From an uncultured Gammaproteobacteria bacterium (GTDB taxonomy: Bacteria; Patescibacteriota; Microgenomatia; Woykebacterales; RBG-16-39-9b), in NCBI GenBank assembly GCA_964367355.1, contig CAYIWY010000001.1, positions 35,307 to 99,306 on the forward strand: 64,000 nt of DNA, in the 5' to 3' direction. Each line of letters starts with the position of its first letter. Position 1 is the stretch's first letter. Positions 1 through 9,864 of this stretch are shown here, piece after piece. The notes beneath the pieces were generated by a model. It was not told the origin of the DNA. It made no database searches and saw only the letters and a list, made by a program, of their open reading frames with translations. Both the position numbers and the translations under genes were made by a program.

Positions 1-432
1 AGGTTCAGTTTAGCTGCAGGCGAGACCAAGGTGTTGATCTCTGGTCGTTACGATCGGGTTGATATCGAAGGCGATCAGGTCAAGATCCTTGATTACAAAT
101 CAACCGAGAACCGGACTACTGACGAACTTGAAAAAGCAGCCAAAGACAGCGTCCAGCTCAAAGTCTACACCCTCGCCTATTATAAAAACTACAAAATTGT
201 TCCCAGTTTTGTCGGGATCTATGATCTTGGGTCTGGTTTGGTTGGAGGCTACGACCCGAAGAAAAAAGACCTTGAAGTGACGGAGGCTAGCGTGGTTGAA
301 GTTGCCAAACAGATACGCGGCAATCTCCAAGCTGACAACTTCCCCGCCAATCCGAAATACTTCGGCCGTAACCCAGCCTGTAATTTCTGTGCATACAGCT
401 CAATTTGTCCATTTTCCCAAATCAAACGGTGA
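1..432 (+). CDS. C-terminal PD-(D/E)XK nuclease domain of an AddA/UvrD-like helicase-nuclease (5' truncated by window)
   Basis: SGRYDRVD...ILDYKS and QLKVY RecB-type nuclease motifs; C-terminal CxxC-x5-CP (Fe-S); frame open from base 1. Confidence 0.85.
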   Translation, partial: RFSLAAGETKVLISGRYDRVDIEGDQVKILDYKSTENRTTDELEKAAKDSVQLKVYTLAYYKNYKIVPSFVGIYDLGSGLVGGYDPKKKDLEVTEASVVEVAKQIRGNLQADNFPANPKYFGRNPACNFCAYSSICPFSQIKR

Positions 433-520
433 AATAACTAAATACATAGCAAGAACACTTGTAACTATAGGTTAAATGTGCTATACTCTGCTTCGGATCC
501 TCGCTAGAAAGAAGGAGAAA

Positions 521-895
521 GTGAAAAGGGCACGGGATTTATTGGTGGGGTGGTTTCAGGAATTTTGGCTTGCTCGAGGGAACTACCTCGTTTCAGCCAC
601 GATTTTTGAGCTTGTTGACGGTGAAGAAAGGTATCTGGTCGACTTCTCAGAAGAACAAGTAAAATTCTTCGGAATCCATTGGATTCGATATTTTCGAATC
701 CCAGCCACAAGTGAGGAAATCAGCCAATACACCAAGAAACTCCAGTTGAAAGGTGTTCCAGTCTGGTTCCGTGAAATAAGCAGTGACGAGCTGGATAATT
801 ACATTAAGGAACTAGATCAAAATTTCTCTTGGCGAAGCACGGACAGTCGGTCATTTCGAACTCGAAAAAGATCGATCGCTCCTAGCTTTACTTAG
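521..895 (+). CDS. hypothetical protein
   Basis: GTG at 521 after GAAGGAG; upstream TTGTAA-17-TATACT promoter; terminator after stop. Confidence 0.6.
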   Translation: MKRARDLLVGWFQEFWLARGNYLVSATIFELVDGEERYLVDFSEEQVKFFGIHWIRYFRIPATSEEISQYTKKLQLKGVPVWFREISSDELDNYIKELDQNFSWRSTDSRSFRTRKRSIAPSFT

Positions 896-906
896 GGAAA
901 TACTCA

Positions 907-940
907 GGCGATTATGGAAACATGGTCGCCTCTTCTTTTA
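907..940 (+). terminator. intrinsic terminator
   Basis: AGGCGATTATG-GAAA-CATGGTCGCCT followed by a T-rich tract. Confidence 0.7.
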
Positions 941-962
941 CTCTCAATACACCCCATAGCAC

Positions 963-991
963 TTGACAAGAGGCCTATAATGTGCTATACT
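963..991 (+). promoter_or_regulatory. sigma70-type promoter
   Basis: TTGACA-17nt-TATACT with extended -10 TG. Confidence 0.7.
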
Positions 992-1780
992 AATTTACGT
1001 AAGGTTAGAAAAGAACAGAAGGAAGCGAGGGATTTTTTGGTACCTAAAACCTCAACACTATAAGACATAGTATTGAGATTCTAGAAACCACCAGAAGTGC
1101 GGTTCTCTAGCGGTTCAAGGAGGTTTGTCCCCGTGAAGACAGTCAATGGCGTGCGCTACCCGACCCCGAGCGCTTCGGCCCAAGCAGCATTCAGGGCTCA
1201 GGTTCGGCAATCGTCGGCGTCCACTCGGCTCCCGAATCTCGGTAGGTTCGGTCGGGTCGAGATCGTGCGCAGCGCAGAGGACATCCGGTCCCTTCGCGAC
1301 GACGGTCACCGGCACCAGTAGTTCTCACAGACACGCAGCCATGAGGGGGAGTTTGACTAGGCGAAAGCTGAAAATCAAACTCCCCCACCAGAAATAGTGG
1401 AGGTGACTTGGTACAAATTTAGCCATAACCCGAGATGGCGCAAACATAAGGGACGGCTCGGTATCAGTGCAAAATAAGCACGAAACCGTCCCCTAAATTC
1501 TAATCACTACGAACTTGGCTGGAGAGAGGTTCAAAGGGAGGTGAATATTATTTTACCCTCTTACTTTCAGCCAAATTCGTGAGGATTAGGTTCATTTCAA
1601 GAAAGGATTTCATTTTGGCCTAGTCGGCGCCCTTTGACAATTTAAAGCAATCAGGAAACCGAGCAGTCCAGCTCGTCACCCACTTTAGGTGGTAGTGAAA
1701 CACATTTTTGTGTGTAGCCAGGCAGAGAAGGACACCTTGAACTCTGCTTGAAGACAGTTTAGTAGTACGGAGGAATATCG

Positions 1781-2617
1781 ATGTCACGCAAGCCCAGTAA
1801 GTCCCCGGCAAATGGAACTCCGGAAGCTGCGGATCTGTCCGCCGCCGATCCGAAGGACGGAAATGCTGACACCAGCGTCGCCGTCGCCACCCAGGACCCG
1901 CAGGCTGCGGAGGACGTCAACGCTCGCGAGTGCGAGTTCTGCGCCATGGTCATGCCAGCGGATTCCAAGGACCCGGCCTGCCCAATGTGCTTCCGGGACA
2001 ATCGGTTGTACATCATGCTCCGGTTCCTGGCGGCGAAGGGGCAGACGTACTGCAACGCCGTCCACGATGGCAAGCGCTGCGAATACGTACTGAACATGAG
2101 GTCGGACGGCAAGGACGTCTTCTGCCCCATGGACAAGGCGGATCGGGCGATCTTTGCGGCCGAGCGAAAGCTCCGCGAAGAGGCACCGACAACGGAAGCG
2201 CAGGCCAAGCTCGCTGAGGCGAAGGGCTTCTTCAACGGTGGGGACGACTGGAAAGCGCTCAAGGCGGCCAATCAGGTCTTCGATCTGCAGGCCAAACCCT
2301 TCGTCGAGGAGGGGCTTTCCAACCTGGTCGAGGCCGAACTCGGCCCGCTGGCACGTGCTGCTTACGATGAGGCTGTCAGCTTCGTCGAGCACGGCCAGTA
2401 CGTCCGCGCCAGCGAGTGCGTCGTGAGCATGAAGAACATCATGCCGCGCGAGCGCATGCTCATCGCCCATGGCGAGCGCCTGTCGAAGACCGATCAGCAG
2501 CGGCGGCAGCGGACCCACAGTCCTGACGTCGAGGACAACCTCGGCAGGATCAAGGGTTTCCAGCAGCGAGTCGCTTCTCACGCTCACGCCGGCAACGACG
2601 AGGACGGCGAAAACTAG
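1781..2617 (+). CDS. GC-rich hypothetical protein with Cys clusters (possible Zn-binding)
   Basis: 278 aa ORF, GGAGG RBS, CEFC/CPMC and further Cys; strong GC3 bias unlike host genes. Confidence 0.75.
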   Translation: MSRKPSKSPANGTPEAADLSAADPKDGNADTSVAVATQDPQAAEDVNARECEFCAMVMPADSKDPACPMCFRDNRLYIMLRFLAAKGQTYCNAVHDGKRCEYVLNMRSDGKDVFCPMDKADRAIFAAERKLREEAPTTEAQAKLAEAKGFFNGGDDWKALKAANQVFDLQAKPFVEEGLSNLVEAELGPLARAAYDEAVSFVEHGQYVRASECVVSMKNIMPRERMLIAHGERLSKTDQQRRQRTHSPDVEDNLGRIKGFQQRVASHAHAGNDEDGEN

Positions 2618-2752
2618 CGCACCGCAATAGCGACGCGCTCAACAACCATCCAGATTCGGATTGAAGCTGGGTGTGAAATGAAAGGTAACCTCACATGAAG
2701 TGACGTTACTTCGAACAATCTCAGCCTCGATTTATCGAGCAAATAGCTGAGA

Positions 2753-2812
2753 GGGGAGGGTTTCGAACTTGTTCATCATGAACAGGCGCGAACCCTCCCT
2801 TTCTCTTTTTTA
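2753..2812 (+). terminator. long hairpin with U-tract
   Basis: GGGAGGGTTTCG...CGAACCCTCCC followed by TTTCTCTTTTTT. Confidence 0.6.
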
Positions 2813-2925
2813 ATCACCTTTCTTTCAGACGAAGAAAGGTTTTTTTGTTTCCAATAATAGCAAGAAACTTGACTTCGAGGCCAAATATGATATTATAGGG
2901 CAGTAGTTACCCACAAATTGGAAAA

Positions 2926-3351
2926 ATGGGTAAAGGAGTTGGGATATTGGAAGTACAGTGCGCAGCTGACATTTTGGAAACTAGAGTCAGACTTAATGGC
3001 AGTATAATCTGCGAGGCAAAAAACTCATATCTGGAAACGAAACCATTAAGAACCTGGGCACGGATGGCCTCCGACCAACATTTCCCAGAATTGGGAAATG
3101 CACTATCTGAATACTATGGATCGATATTCAGATATGTGAAAGGCGCACGTAACAAGCTTTTCACTGGGTCGCTAACTCGCAAGGAAGCGCTTTTCGGCGA
3201 GTATGGGCCTTATGGAGAAAATCATGAAGCTTTGGTTACTTTCAACCGAATGATAGATAGTTTGGTGGTGGTAACCTACCAAGATCTCTCTGCGGAAGAT
3301 TTTGACTACGTGAAAAAGATTTTACAACAAATTGGATTGAGAGAAATTTAA
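2926..3351 (+). CDS. hypothetical protein
   Basis: 141 aa ORF with upstream TTGACT...TATTAT promoter-like site. Confidence 0.6.
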   Translation: MGKGVGILEVQCAADILETRVRLNGSIICEAKNSYLETKPLRTWARMASDQHFPELGNALSEYYGSIFRYVKGARNKLFTGSLTRKEALFGEYGPYGENHEALVTFNRMIDSLVVVTYQDLSAEDFDYVKKILQQIGLREI

Positions 3352-3400
3352 GCTCGAATTTTAGGCAGACGTTGATCTTTTTGGTCCGTCTGCTTTCTTT

Positions 3401-4291
3401 TTATAAAAATCGAGAGGGCAGCGAAATGGCCTTGGCAACCGAAGAATAATTTTTTACAAACGAGCCAACCAGAATTTTTTCTTCACCCCGAAAGCCGCGT
3501 TTAAAATGACTAAAGCCTTGCCATTTTTTGGTTTCCGGTATTCTTGGGTCAACTATTCCTTCTAGATCAAGTTCTTTTAGGTTCAGTGCTTTTGAATTAA
3601 CGATTGCTTCCCAGACCAATAAGTAAGGCGCAAAAAATTCTCGGTAATTACTTAGAGAGGCAGCGTGATAATAATAAGCAGTTTTATCGTGATGCAAGAT
3701 TAAACAGCCGGCAATATCGGTTTTATTCCACTGGGCGATCAGTATAAAAGCCCGACCTTCATTAGAAAATATTTCCCAAAGCAAACGTAAATCTTTTTCC
3801 GGAAACCAAAACTTTTGGCGTTTTGCAGTTTGCTGATAAAGTTTCACAAACCGGTTTAAGTCGTTGCTGTGGACGACCCGCACGCCGCGGCGTTGTGAAG
3901 CCCGGACACTATAGCGCGTGTCTTTTTCCATATTATTTAAAATTTCATCTTCACTTTGGCGCAAATTAATAACCATAGTTTTGGTTGGGTGAAGTGACCA
4001 GCGTTCAGACTGGAATTTATTTTTTTCCAACTCCGAAAGAATTTCTTTTTCAGACAAAAGATGATCCGGTTCAATCTTGGCGGAAAAAACCTTGCGATCT
4101 TTTGAGAGATCGTTGAGCTTATCAAAGGCAAATGGGAGCCTTATTCGAGGAGCTTTAATCAGCGTGCCAATCAGTGGCAGTTTGTGTAAGTAAATATACT
4201 GGTTTTTTGTGTTTTGGTTTAGTTTGACAATTTCCCAGCCTAACTCTTCCATAAAACTTGCCCAGTAAGGTGATTGGCGCAAATCAGTCAT
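3401..4291 (-). CDS. FemABX-family peptidoglycan bridge peptidyltransferase
   Basis: DLRQSPYW start; MEKDTRYSVRASQRRGV, YYHAAS, LDLEGI, GFSHFKRGF motifs. Confidence 0.9.
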   Translation of the reverse strand: MTDLRQSPYWASFMEELGWEIVKLNQNTKNQYIYLHKLPLIGTLIKAPRIRLPFAFDKLNDLSKDRKVFSAKIEPDHLLSEKEILSELEKNKFQSERWSLHPTKTMVINLRQSEDEILNNMEKDTRYSVRASQRRGVRVVHSNDLNRFVKLYQQTAKRQKFWFPEKDLRLLWEIFSNEGRAFILIAQWNKTDIAGCLILHHDKTAYYYHAASLSNYREFFAPYLLVWEAIVNSKALNLKELDLEGIVDPRIPETKKWQGFSHFKRGFRGEEKILVGSFVKNYSSVAKAISLPSRFL

Positions 4292-4342
4292 ATATTTATA
4301 TTAAACTGTTTGAGGGCTATTTGGGTAGAGAAAGATCAAGTT

Positions 4343-5128
4343 TTAATTTGAAAGAAGGAAAGCTTCAGTGAAACGAGAAGTCCACCAACCAGTAGCGATG
4401 TTATCAAAACCAAGATCGATCTTGTTACCCTTAATGCTACCTCCAGTATCGCCGGCAATAGCGATCCCGTAGCCAGGTACATAAACCTTACTGCGAAGTG
4501 GGATTACTTTCGGATCCACGGCAATAACACCATAACCAGCCTTCATACCAATAGAAGTCGTATCGTTGCAACCACGACAGTTGGCATCGTAGGAGGTTGC
4601 CCAAACAGTGAGGGAAGTTTTATATTTAATTATTCCGTAAGGTGTCTCAAGAGTTTTTTCTTCAGGGTCAAGTCCAACTGCAATAATTTCCTCAATCGGT
4701 TTTTTCTCAGCAATTAAAATATTTTCCCTGGAAAACTCCTGATTTTGGTGGAAAACAATTTTTGTTTGAACAGTTTTTTCACCGCTCGTGCCTTGCTGAA
4801 TTATCTTTGTTTCACCAGGCTTCAACAGTGGATCCACGGTCGTCTTTTTTTGGAATTTAAGTTTCTGGGTGTGGGTGGTTATTTTTTCGCTAAAGAGAGA
4901 CTCTGTGTTTGGTTGCTTTGGGGAAGAAAGATTAACAATTTGAGCTCCCGGGATAAAGGCAAAGCTTAATTTTGGGAAAATTGTTTCATAAAACACGAAA
5001 ACCAAAAGCAAAAAAATAATACCTGCGGATTTGTAGGAGAGTCGGGACAGGAAGAGTGAACCAAACCCTCCAACTGTAGAGTCAACATAAGCTAGCCTGC
5101 CTGCCACAAACTGCTTAACAATATTCAT
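4343..5128 (-). CDS. G5 + 3D-domain cell-wall protein
   Basis: G5-like segment; ATSY, IAVDPKVIPLRSKVYVPGYG, AGDTGGSIKGNKIDL 3D motifs. Confidence 0.9.
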   Translation of the reverse strand: MNIVKQFVAGRLAYVDSTVGGFGSLFLSRLSYKSAGIIFLLLVFVFYETIFPKLSFAFIPGAQIVNLSSPKQPNTESLFSEKITTHTQKLKFQKKTTVDPLLKPGETKIIQQGTSGEKTVQTKIVFHQNQEFSRENILIAEKKPIEEIIAVGLDPEEKTLETPYGIIKYKTSLTVWATSYDANCRGCNDTTSIGMKAGYGVIAVDPKVIPLRSKVYVPGYGIAIAGDTGGSIKGNKIDLGFDNIATGWWTSRFTEAFLLSN

Positions 5129-5181
5129 CTAATAAGAAAGTTTAGTGAAATTTTTAAGAAAAGTCAAAAGATAATCTTGGC

Positions 5182-7026
5182 TTAATAACGAATGGAAATT
5201 AATAATTTTTCCGGGATATCAAGGACAAAACGGGACAGGACTCCTTCGGTACGGGTACCAAAGTAGAGTCGGCTTTGGGTATAAGTCATATAAAGTTGCT
5301 TCTCGGCGCGGGTAATACCGACATAACACAACCTGCGCTCCTCTTCGACACCAGAGGTATCGGTGAGAGATTGGCTATGGGGAAATAGACCCTCTTCCAT
5401 ACCAATCATAAAAACAATTGGAAATTCTAGCCCCTTGGCGGAATGTAAGGTCATCAAGGTAATGGCATCTTTTTTATCCTGATTTTGAACAGCTCTATTT
5501 GGCAGGTATTCTTTTTCGACCAAGGAAACGTTCTCCAAAAAATCAACAATTTCTGGGAATTCACTTGCAACTGAGCGAAGTTCTTTAACATTTTCGATTC
5601 GCCCGAGCGATTCTTCAGAGTTGTCATCAAGATAATTTAAATATTTTGTCTCAGCCAAAATTAAGTCAACAATGTCGATAGTTTTTAAACCTTCTGATTT
5701 TTGCCGAACGATTTCAAAAGAACTTTTGAAATCTAAAACCTTCTGATTGGTTTGGTCAAGTAAAGCCTTGGGACCGATGCCGCGTGGTGGTGTGTTGACG
5801 ACCCGTTTAAAACTTAAGCTATCGCTTGGATTGTTAATAAAGCGAAGATAAGCAACGATATCACGGATTTCCTTACGGTCGTAAAATCTAGTCCCCCCAA
5901 CCAAAACGTACGGCAAACCTTCACGCAACAGCGCCTCTTCCATTACCCGACTTTGGGCATTGGTTCGGTAAAGAACAGCAAAACTAGCCAAGGAAAAACC
6001 TTGGGAAGATGAAAGCAGCTTTTGGATTGTCCGGATGATAAACTCAGCTTCCTCGACTTCGTTTTTGGCCTCGTACAAAATTGTCGGAACTCCTTCATCA
6101 TTTTCCGTCCAAAGTTCAAGTATTGGATGAGAGCGGTTTTGATTGATAACATTTTGAGCCGCACCTAAAATATTTTTGGTTGAGCGGTAATTTTGGGAAA
6201 GGTTGATGGTTTCAACATCGGGAAAATCTTTGGAAAAATTAAGAATATTTTTATAGTCAGCTCCGCGCCAACCATAGATTGCTTGGGATGCATCGCCAAC
6301 CACACAAATGTTTTTGTGTTTAGAAGCGATTATTTTGGTTAATATATATTGGGCTTTGTTGGTATCTTGATATTCGTCAACCAAAACATATTTAAAACGG
6401 TTTTGGTATTTCTTCGCAACTTCTGGAAACTTTTCAAAAAGCACTACGACTTGCATCAAAAGATCGTCGAAATCCAAAGCGTGATTTTCCTTCAGTGATT
6501 CTTGGTAACGAAAATAAACTTTGGCAACAATTTCTTGAAAATAACCGCGGGCAAAGCCTTGATATTCGGTTGGTCCGATAAGTTCGTTTTTTGCCGAAGA
6601 AATCGAGTTTTTTATTGAATAAGGAGAAGTACTTTTCGGATCGAGATCAAGTTCTTTCAAAATTTCTTTGATCAAATCCAAACTGTCAGAGTCATCATAA
6701 ATAACAAACCTTGGACTGATTCCAAGATTTACTCCGTCGCTACGCAGAATACGAGCGCAGATTGAGTGGAAAGTTCCCATCCAAAGTGGCGTAGTTGAAA
6801 CTAACTTCTTTAAGCGCTCTTTCATTTCACCAGCAGCTTTGTTGGTAAATGTTACCGCTAGGATTTCTTCAGGGAGAGCTAATTTTTGTTCCAAAATGTA
6901 CGCAATCCGGTGAGTGATAACCCTGGTTTTTCCACTACCTGGACCAGAAAGAACCAAGAGCGGACCTTTTGTTTTCTTAACTGCTCTTTGTTGATCGACA
7001 TTTAATCCTTCTAAAAGTTTTTCCAT
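5182..7026 (-). CDS. pcrA: ATP-dependent DNA helicase PcrA/UvrD
   Basis: GPGSGKT, VDEYQD, VGDASQAIYGWRGA, TLHSAKGLEF, EERRLCYVGITRA; start taken at ATG 7026. Confidence 0.95.
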   Translation of the reverse strand: MEKLLEGLNVDQQRAVKKTKGPLLVLSGPGSGKTRVITHRIAYILEQKLALPEEILAVTFTNKAAGEMKERLKKLVSTTPLWMGTFHSICARILRSDGVNLGISPRFVIYDDSDSLDLIKEILKELDLDPKSTSPYSIKNSISSAKNELIGPTEYQGFARGYFQEIVAKVYFRYQESLKENHALDFDDLLMQVVVLFEKFPEVAKKYQNRFKYVLVDEYQDTNKAQYILTKIIASKHKNICVVGDASQAIYGWRGADYKNILNFSKDFPDVETINLSQNYRSTKNILGAAQNVINQNRSHPILELWTENDEGVPTILYEAKNEVEEAEFIIRTIQKLLSSSQGFSLASFAVLYRTNAQSRVMEEALLREGLPYVLVGGTRFYDRKEIRDIVAYLRFINNPSDSLSFKRVVNTPPRGIGPKALLDQTNQKVLDFKSSFEIVRQKSEGLKTIDIVDLILAETKYLNYLDDNSEESLGRIENVKELRSVASEFPEIVDFLENVSLVEKEYLPNRAVQNQDKKDAITLMTLHSAKGLEFPIVFMIGMEEGLFPHSQSLTDTSGVEEERRLCYVGITRAEKQLYMTYTQSRLYFGTRTEGVLSRFVLDIPEKLLISIRY

Positions 7027-7247
7027 TTTGAAGTTATTATATTGCTCTTGCGATTCAAGAATCGAGCGGTATGCTCGCGAGATGATTATAGCGCTCTTGC
7101 GATACAAGAATCGAGCGATGTAATCCTGGAGAATTATACTAGCAAGGAGTGGGTTTTGTTGAAAAGTCTTGTGTTATACTGGTAAAAGAAGTATTAATCT
7201 CTCCCCAAGTTGAGACAGTTTACCAAAAGTTATTTAAGGAGGCAGCT

Positions 7248-7517
7248 GTGGCAATAGAGTTACTAGATTTTTATGCAGATTGGTGTGGGCCCTGTAAAGT
7301 TATGGAACCAGTCATGGAAGAACTTGAAAGAGAACTGTTAGGACAGATTTCCATAAAAAAAATCGATGTTGATGTCGAAAACGAAATTGCTAGCAACTAC
7401 GGCGTGATGAGTATTCCAACCTACTTAGTTTTAAAAGATGGCCACGAAGTCGAGCGTTTTATTGGTGCTCAACCCAAAGACGAGTTGGTTAAAAAAATTC
7501 AGTCTCACCTTTCGTAA
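7248..7517 (+). CDS. trxA: thioredoxin
   Basis: DFYADWCGPC; GTG after AAGGAGG. Confidence 0.9.
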   Translation: MAIELLDFYADWCGPCKVMEPVMEELERELLGQISIKKIDVDVENEIASNYGVMSIPTYLVLKDGHEVERFIGAQPKDELVKKIQSHLS

Positions 7518-7545
7518 CTATCCCAAAAACTGCTAAGATAAATTC

Positions 7546-8547
7546 ATGCTTTCAGTTAAAGATTATCCAGTAGATGGAAAAAGAGTTATTGTTCGCGCTG
7601 ATTTTGACGTTCCCCTGAGGAATGGGAAAATTACTGAAAAATTGCGAATCGAAAAGTCAATTCCAACCCTAAAATATTTGCTTGAAAAAAAGTGCAAATT
7701 ATTTATCATCTCTCATCTTGGCCGACCGGAAAATAAAGATCCAAAATATAGCTTAAAAATTGTTTTACCGATTCTTGAAGAATTGCTTGGGGAAAAAATC
7801 GAATTCCAAGAAAATCTTGAGCGACAAGTTTTTGGGGAAGTTGTTTTGTTGGAAAACCTACGTTATTGGAAGGAGGAAGAAAGTAATGATCCAGCTTTTT
7901 CCAAGAAACTGGCAACTTTTGGTGAAATTTATGTCAATGAGTGTTTCTCAGTGGCCCACAGAAATCACGCGTCGGTTGCCACTTTGCCTACATTATTACC
8001 AGCCGCAGCTGGTATAGAGTTCTTCCAAGAAATAAACGAACTAGAAAAAATTTTTAAAGCAGAAAAGCACCCTTTAGTGGCAATTATTGGTGGAGCAAAA
8101 TTGGAAACAAAACTCCCAGCGATAACCAATATGGCGAAAGTCGCTGATAAAGTTTTAGTGGGTGGTAAGCTGATGTTTGAGATTGACAAAAGCACCTTAC
8201 CAAGTAACGTGGTTATCGCCGTGGATGATGTTGATCAGAAAGATATTGGTCCAGAAACTTTGAAAACTTTTGGTGCTGAAATCGCAAAAGCACAAATGAT
8301 TGTTTGGAATGGACCAATGGGAATGTTTGAAGAGGAAAAATATGAGGTAGGAACAAGAGCTCTAGCTAAATTGGTAGCTGATGCTACGGGTTACAGTATT
8401 GTAGGTGGAGGCGATACTGTTGCGGCACTGGACAAAGAAGGTTTACTTGACAAGATAGACTTTGTTTCAGTTGGTGGGGGAGCGATGTTAGAATTTTTGG
8501 AAGGGAAGAGACTGCCGGCGCTTGTTGCTTTAAATTATTATGGTTGA
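7546..8547 (+). CDS. pgk: phosphoglycerate kinase (compact)
   Basis: VRADFDVP, SHLGRP, LLENLR, WNGPMG, GGGDT, GGGAMLEFLEG. Confidence 0.95.
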   Translation: MLSVKDYPVDGKRVIVRADFDVPLRNGKITEKLRIEKSIPTLKYLLEKKCKLFIISHLGRPENKDPKYSLKIVLPILEELLGEKIEFQENLERQVFGEVVLLENLRYWKEEESNDPAFSKKLATFGEIYVNECFSVAHRNHASVATLPTLLPAAAGIEFFQEINELEKIFKAEKHPLVAIIGGAKLETKLPAITNMAKVADKVLVGGKLMFEIDKSTLPSNVVIAVDDVDQKDIGPETLKTFGAEIAKAQMIVWNGPMGMFEEEKYEVGTRALAKLVADATGYSIVGGGDTVAALDKEGLLDKIDFVSVGGGAMLEFLEGKRLPALVALNYYG

Positions 8548-9112
8548 AAAGATAGAGGAATCAAGAATTAAAAAATGGAAACTTCTAAAACAAGAAGTAG
8601 CTTTTTCCAGTGATTTTATTTCAGTTTATAAAGAATCTTTAAAGAGACCGGACAACCATATTGTTGATGACTACTTTTCAGTTAAAAGGAGAGATGCGGT
8701 TTTTATAATCGCTTTAACAAAAGAGAAACAAATCCCTCTAGTTTTTCAATATAAAAATGGAGTTAAGGACCTAATCTGGGAGTTACCAGCTGGTTTTATC
8801 GATGATAATGAAGAACCACTTGTTGCTGCCAAACGCGAACTTTTGGAAGAAACTGGTTTTGAAGCTGAGAACTATCAGTATTTAGCAAGTTTTTCGCCCA
8901 ATCCAAGTCTTTCCAGTAACAAGAACCATGTGTTTTTAGCTTTTAATGCAGAGAAAGTTAGCGAACAAAAGTTAGATGATAACGAGGAGATTGAAACGAA
9001 ACTATTTTTGCTTGAAGATTTAGTTTCAGGGATTAAACAAAGAAAAAGTATTTTTGTTGATAATCAAAGTCCTTTTGGTATACTTTTAGCTGCGGAGGAA
9101 CTTAAAAAATGA
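8540..9112 (+). CDS. NUDIX hydrolase (ADP-ribose pyrophosphatase-like)
   Basis: ELPAG...AAKRELLEETG Nudix box. Confidence 0.9.
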   Translation: MVEKIEESRIKKWKLLKQEVAFSSDFISVYKESLKRPDNHIVDDYFSVKRRDAVFIIALTKEKQIPLVFQYKNGVKDLIWELPAGFIDDNEEPLVAAKRELLEETGFEAENYQYLASFSPNPSLSSNKNHVFLAFNAEKVSEQKLDDNEEIETKLFLLEDLVSGIKQRKSIFVDNQSPFGILLAAEELKK

Positions 9113-9819
9113 AACCAATAATTGTCGCTAACTGGAAAGCAAATAAAAATATTCAGGAAACAATCGACTTTGTTAACCTAACTAAGAGTAGTCTTGAAGA
9201 AGCAAAAAATACACAGGTGGTCCTTTGTCCGCCATTCACCTCACTATCTACATTAGCAGTTTTATTAACGGACTCTTCCGTAAAAGTCGGAGCACAAGAT
9301 GTTTCCGACCATTTAGAAGGAGCATATACAGGCGAAGTGGCCGCATCAATGTTAAGCGGATTAGTGACACACTGTATTGTGGGTCATTCTGAGAGGCGAC
9401 GTTACTACAGCGAAAAAGAAGAGCAGGTGGGTGAAAAAGTAAAAAATCTAGTTGAGCGGAATATTACACCAATACTTTGTATAAGTGACATCAACCAAAT
9501 GGATAATTATTTAGCAGCTAGTGATAGTTTTAAGCAAAACGCTAGTAAAATTGTTTTTGTTTATGAGCCACCAAGTGCAATTAGTGGTGGTGGGGACTAT
9601 CATCCGGAAAGTCCGGGAGAAGCTTCCACAAACGCCGCTAAGATTAGTGAAAAAATCGGAGCAAGTGTAGTAACCTTATATGGTGGGTCGGTTAGTGACG
9701 CTGATGTTGATCAGTTTTTAACTGAAAAAAATATCAATGGGGTTTTGGTTGGTAAGGCGAGTTTGAGTGCGAAAACATTCATCAGTTTGGTTCAGAAAGC
9801 CAATAATCTCGTGTTATAA
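9109..9819 (+). CDS. tpiA: triosephosphate isomerase
   Basis: ANWK, GAYTGE, GHSERR, YEP, LYGGSV, GVLVGKASL. Confidence 0.95.
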   Translation: MKPIIVANWKANKNIQETIDFVNLTKSSLEEAKNTQVVLCPPFTSLSTLAVLLTDSSVKVGAQDVSDHLEGAYTGEVAASMLSGLVTHCIVGHSERRRYYSEKEEQVGEKVKNLVERNITPILCISDINQMDNYLAASDSFKQNASKIVFVYEPPSAISGGGDYHPESPGEASTNAAKISEKIGASVVTLYGGSVSDADVDQFLTEKNINGVLVGKASLSAKTFISLVQKANNLVL

Positions 9820-9864
9820 TTCAAGTCTTAAGTATTTAAATCCCAAGTAAAAAAAGCAATTTTT

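Noticed and set aside
1097-1321. 74 aa GC-rich ORF
   Set aside because: No clear RBS or family motif; cannot be distinguished from structured non-coding sequence
1343-1390. Orphan array unit (hairpin resembles handles 1 and 11)
   Set aside because: Lacks GGGCTG/TGCCA and the upstream sequence shows no pentamer phase
1784-2587. Long antisense ORFs (also 55458-56381, 42934-43617, 26917-27474)
   Set aside because: Shadows of well-supported opposite-strand genes, caused by codon bias
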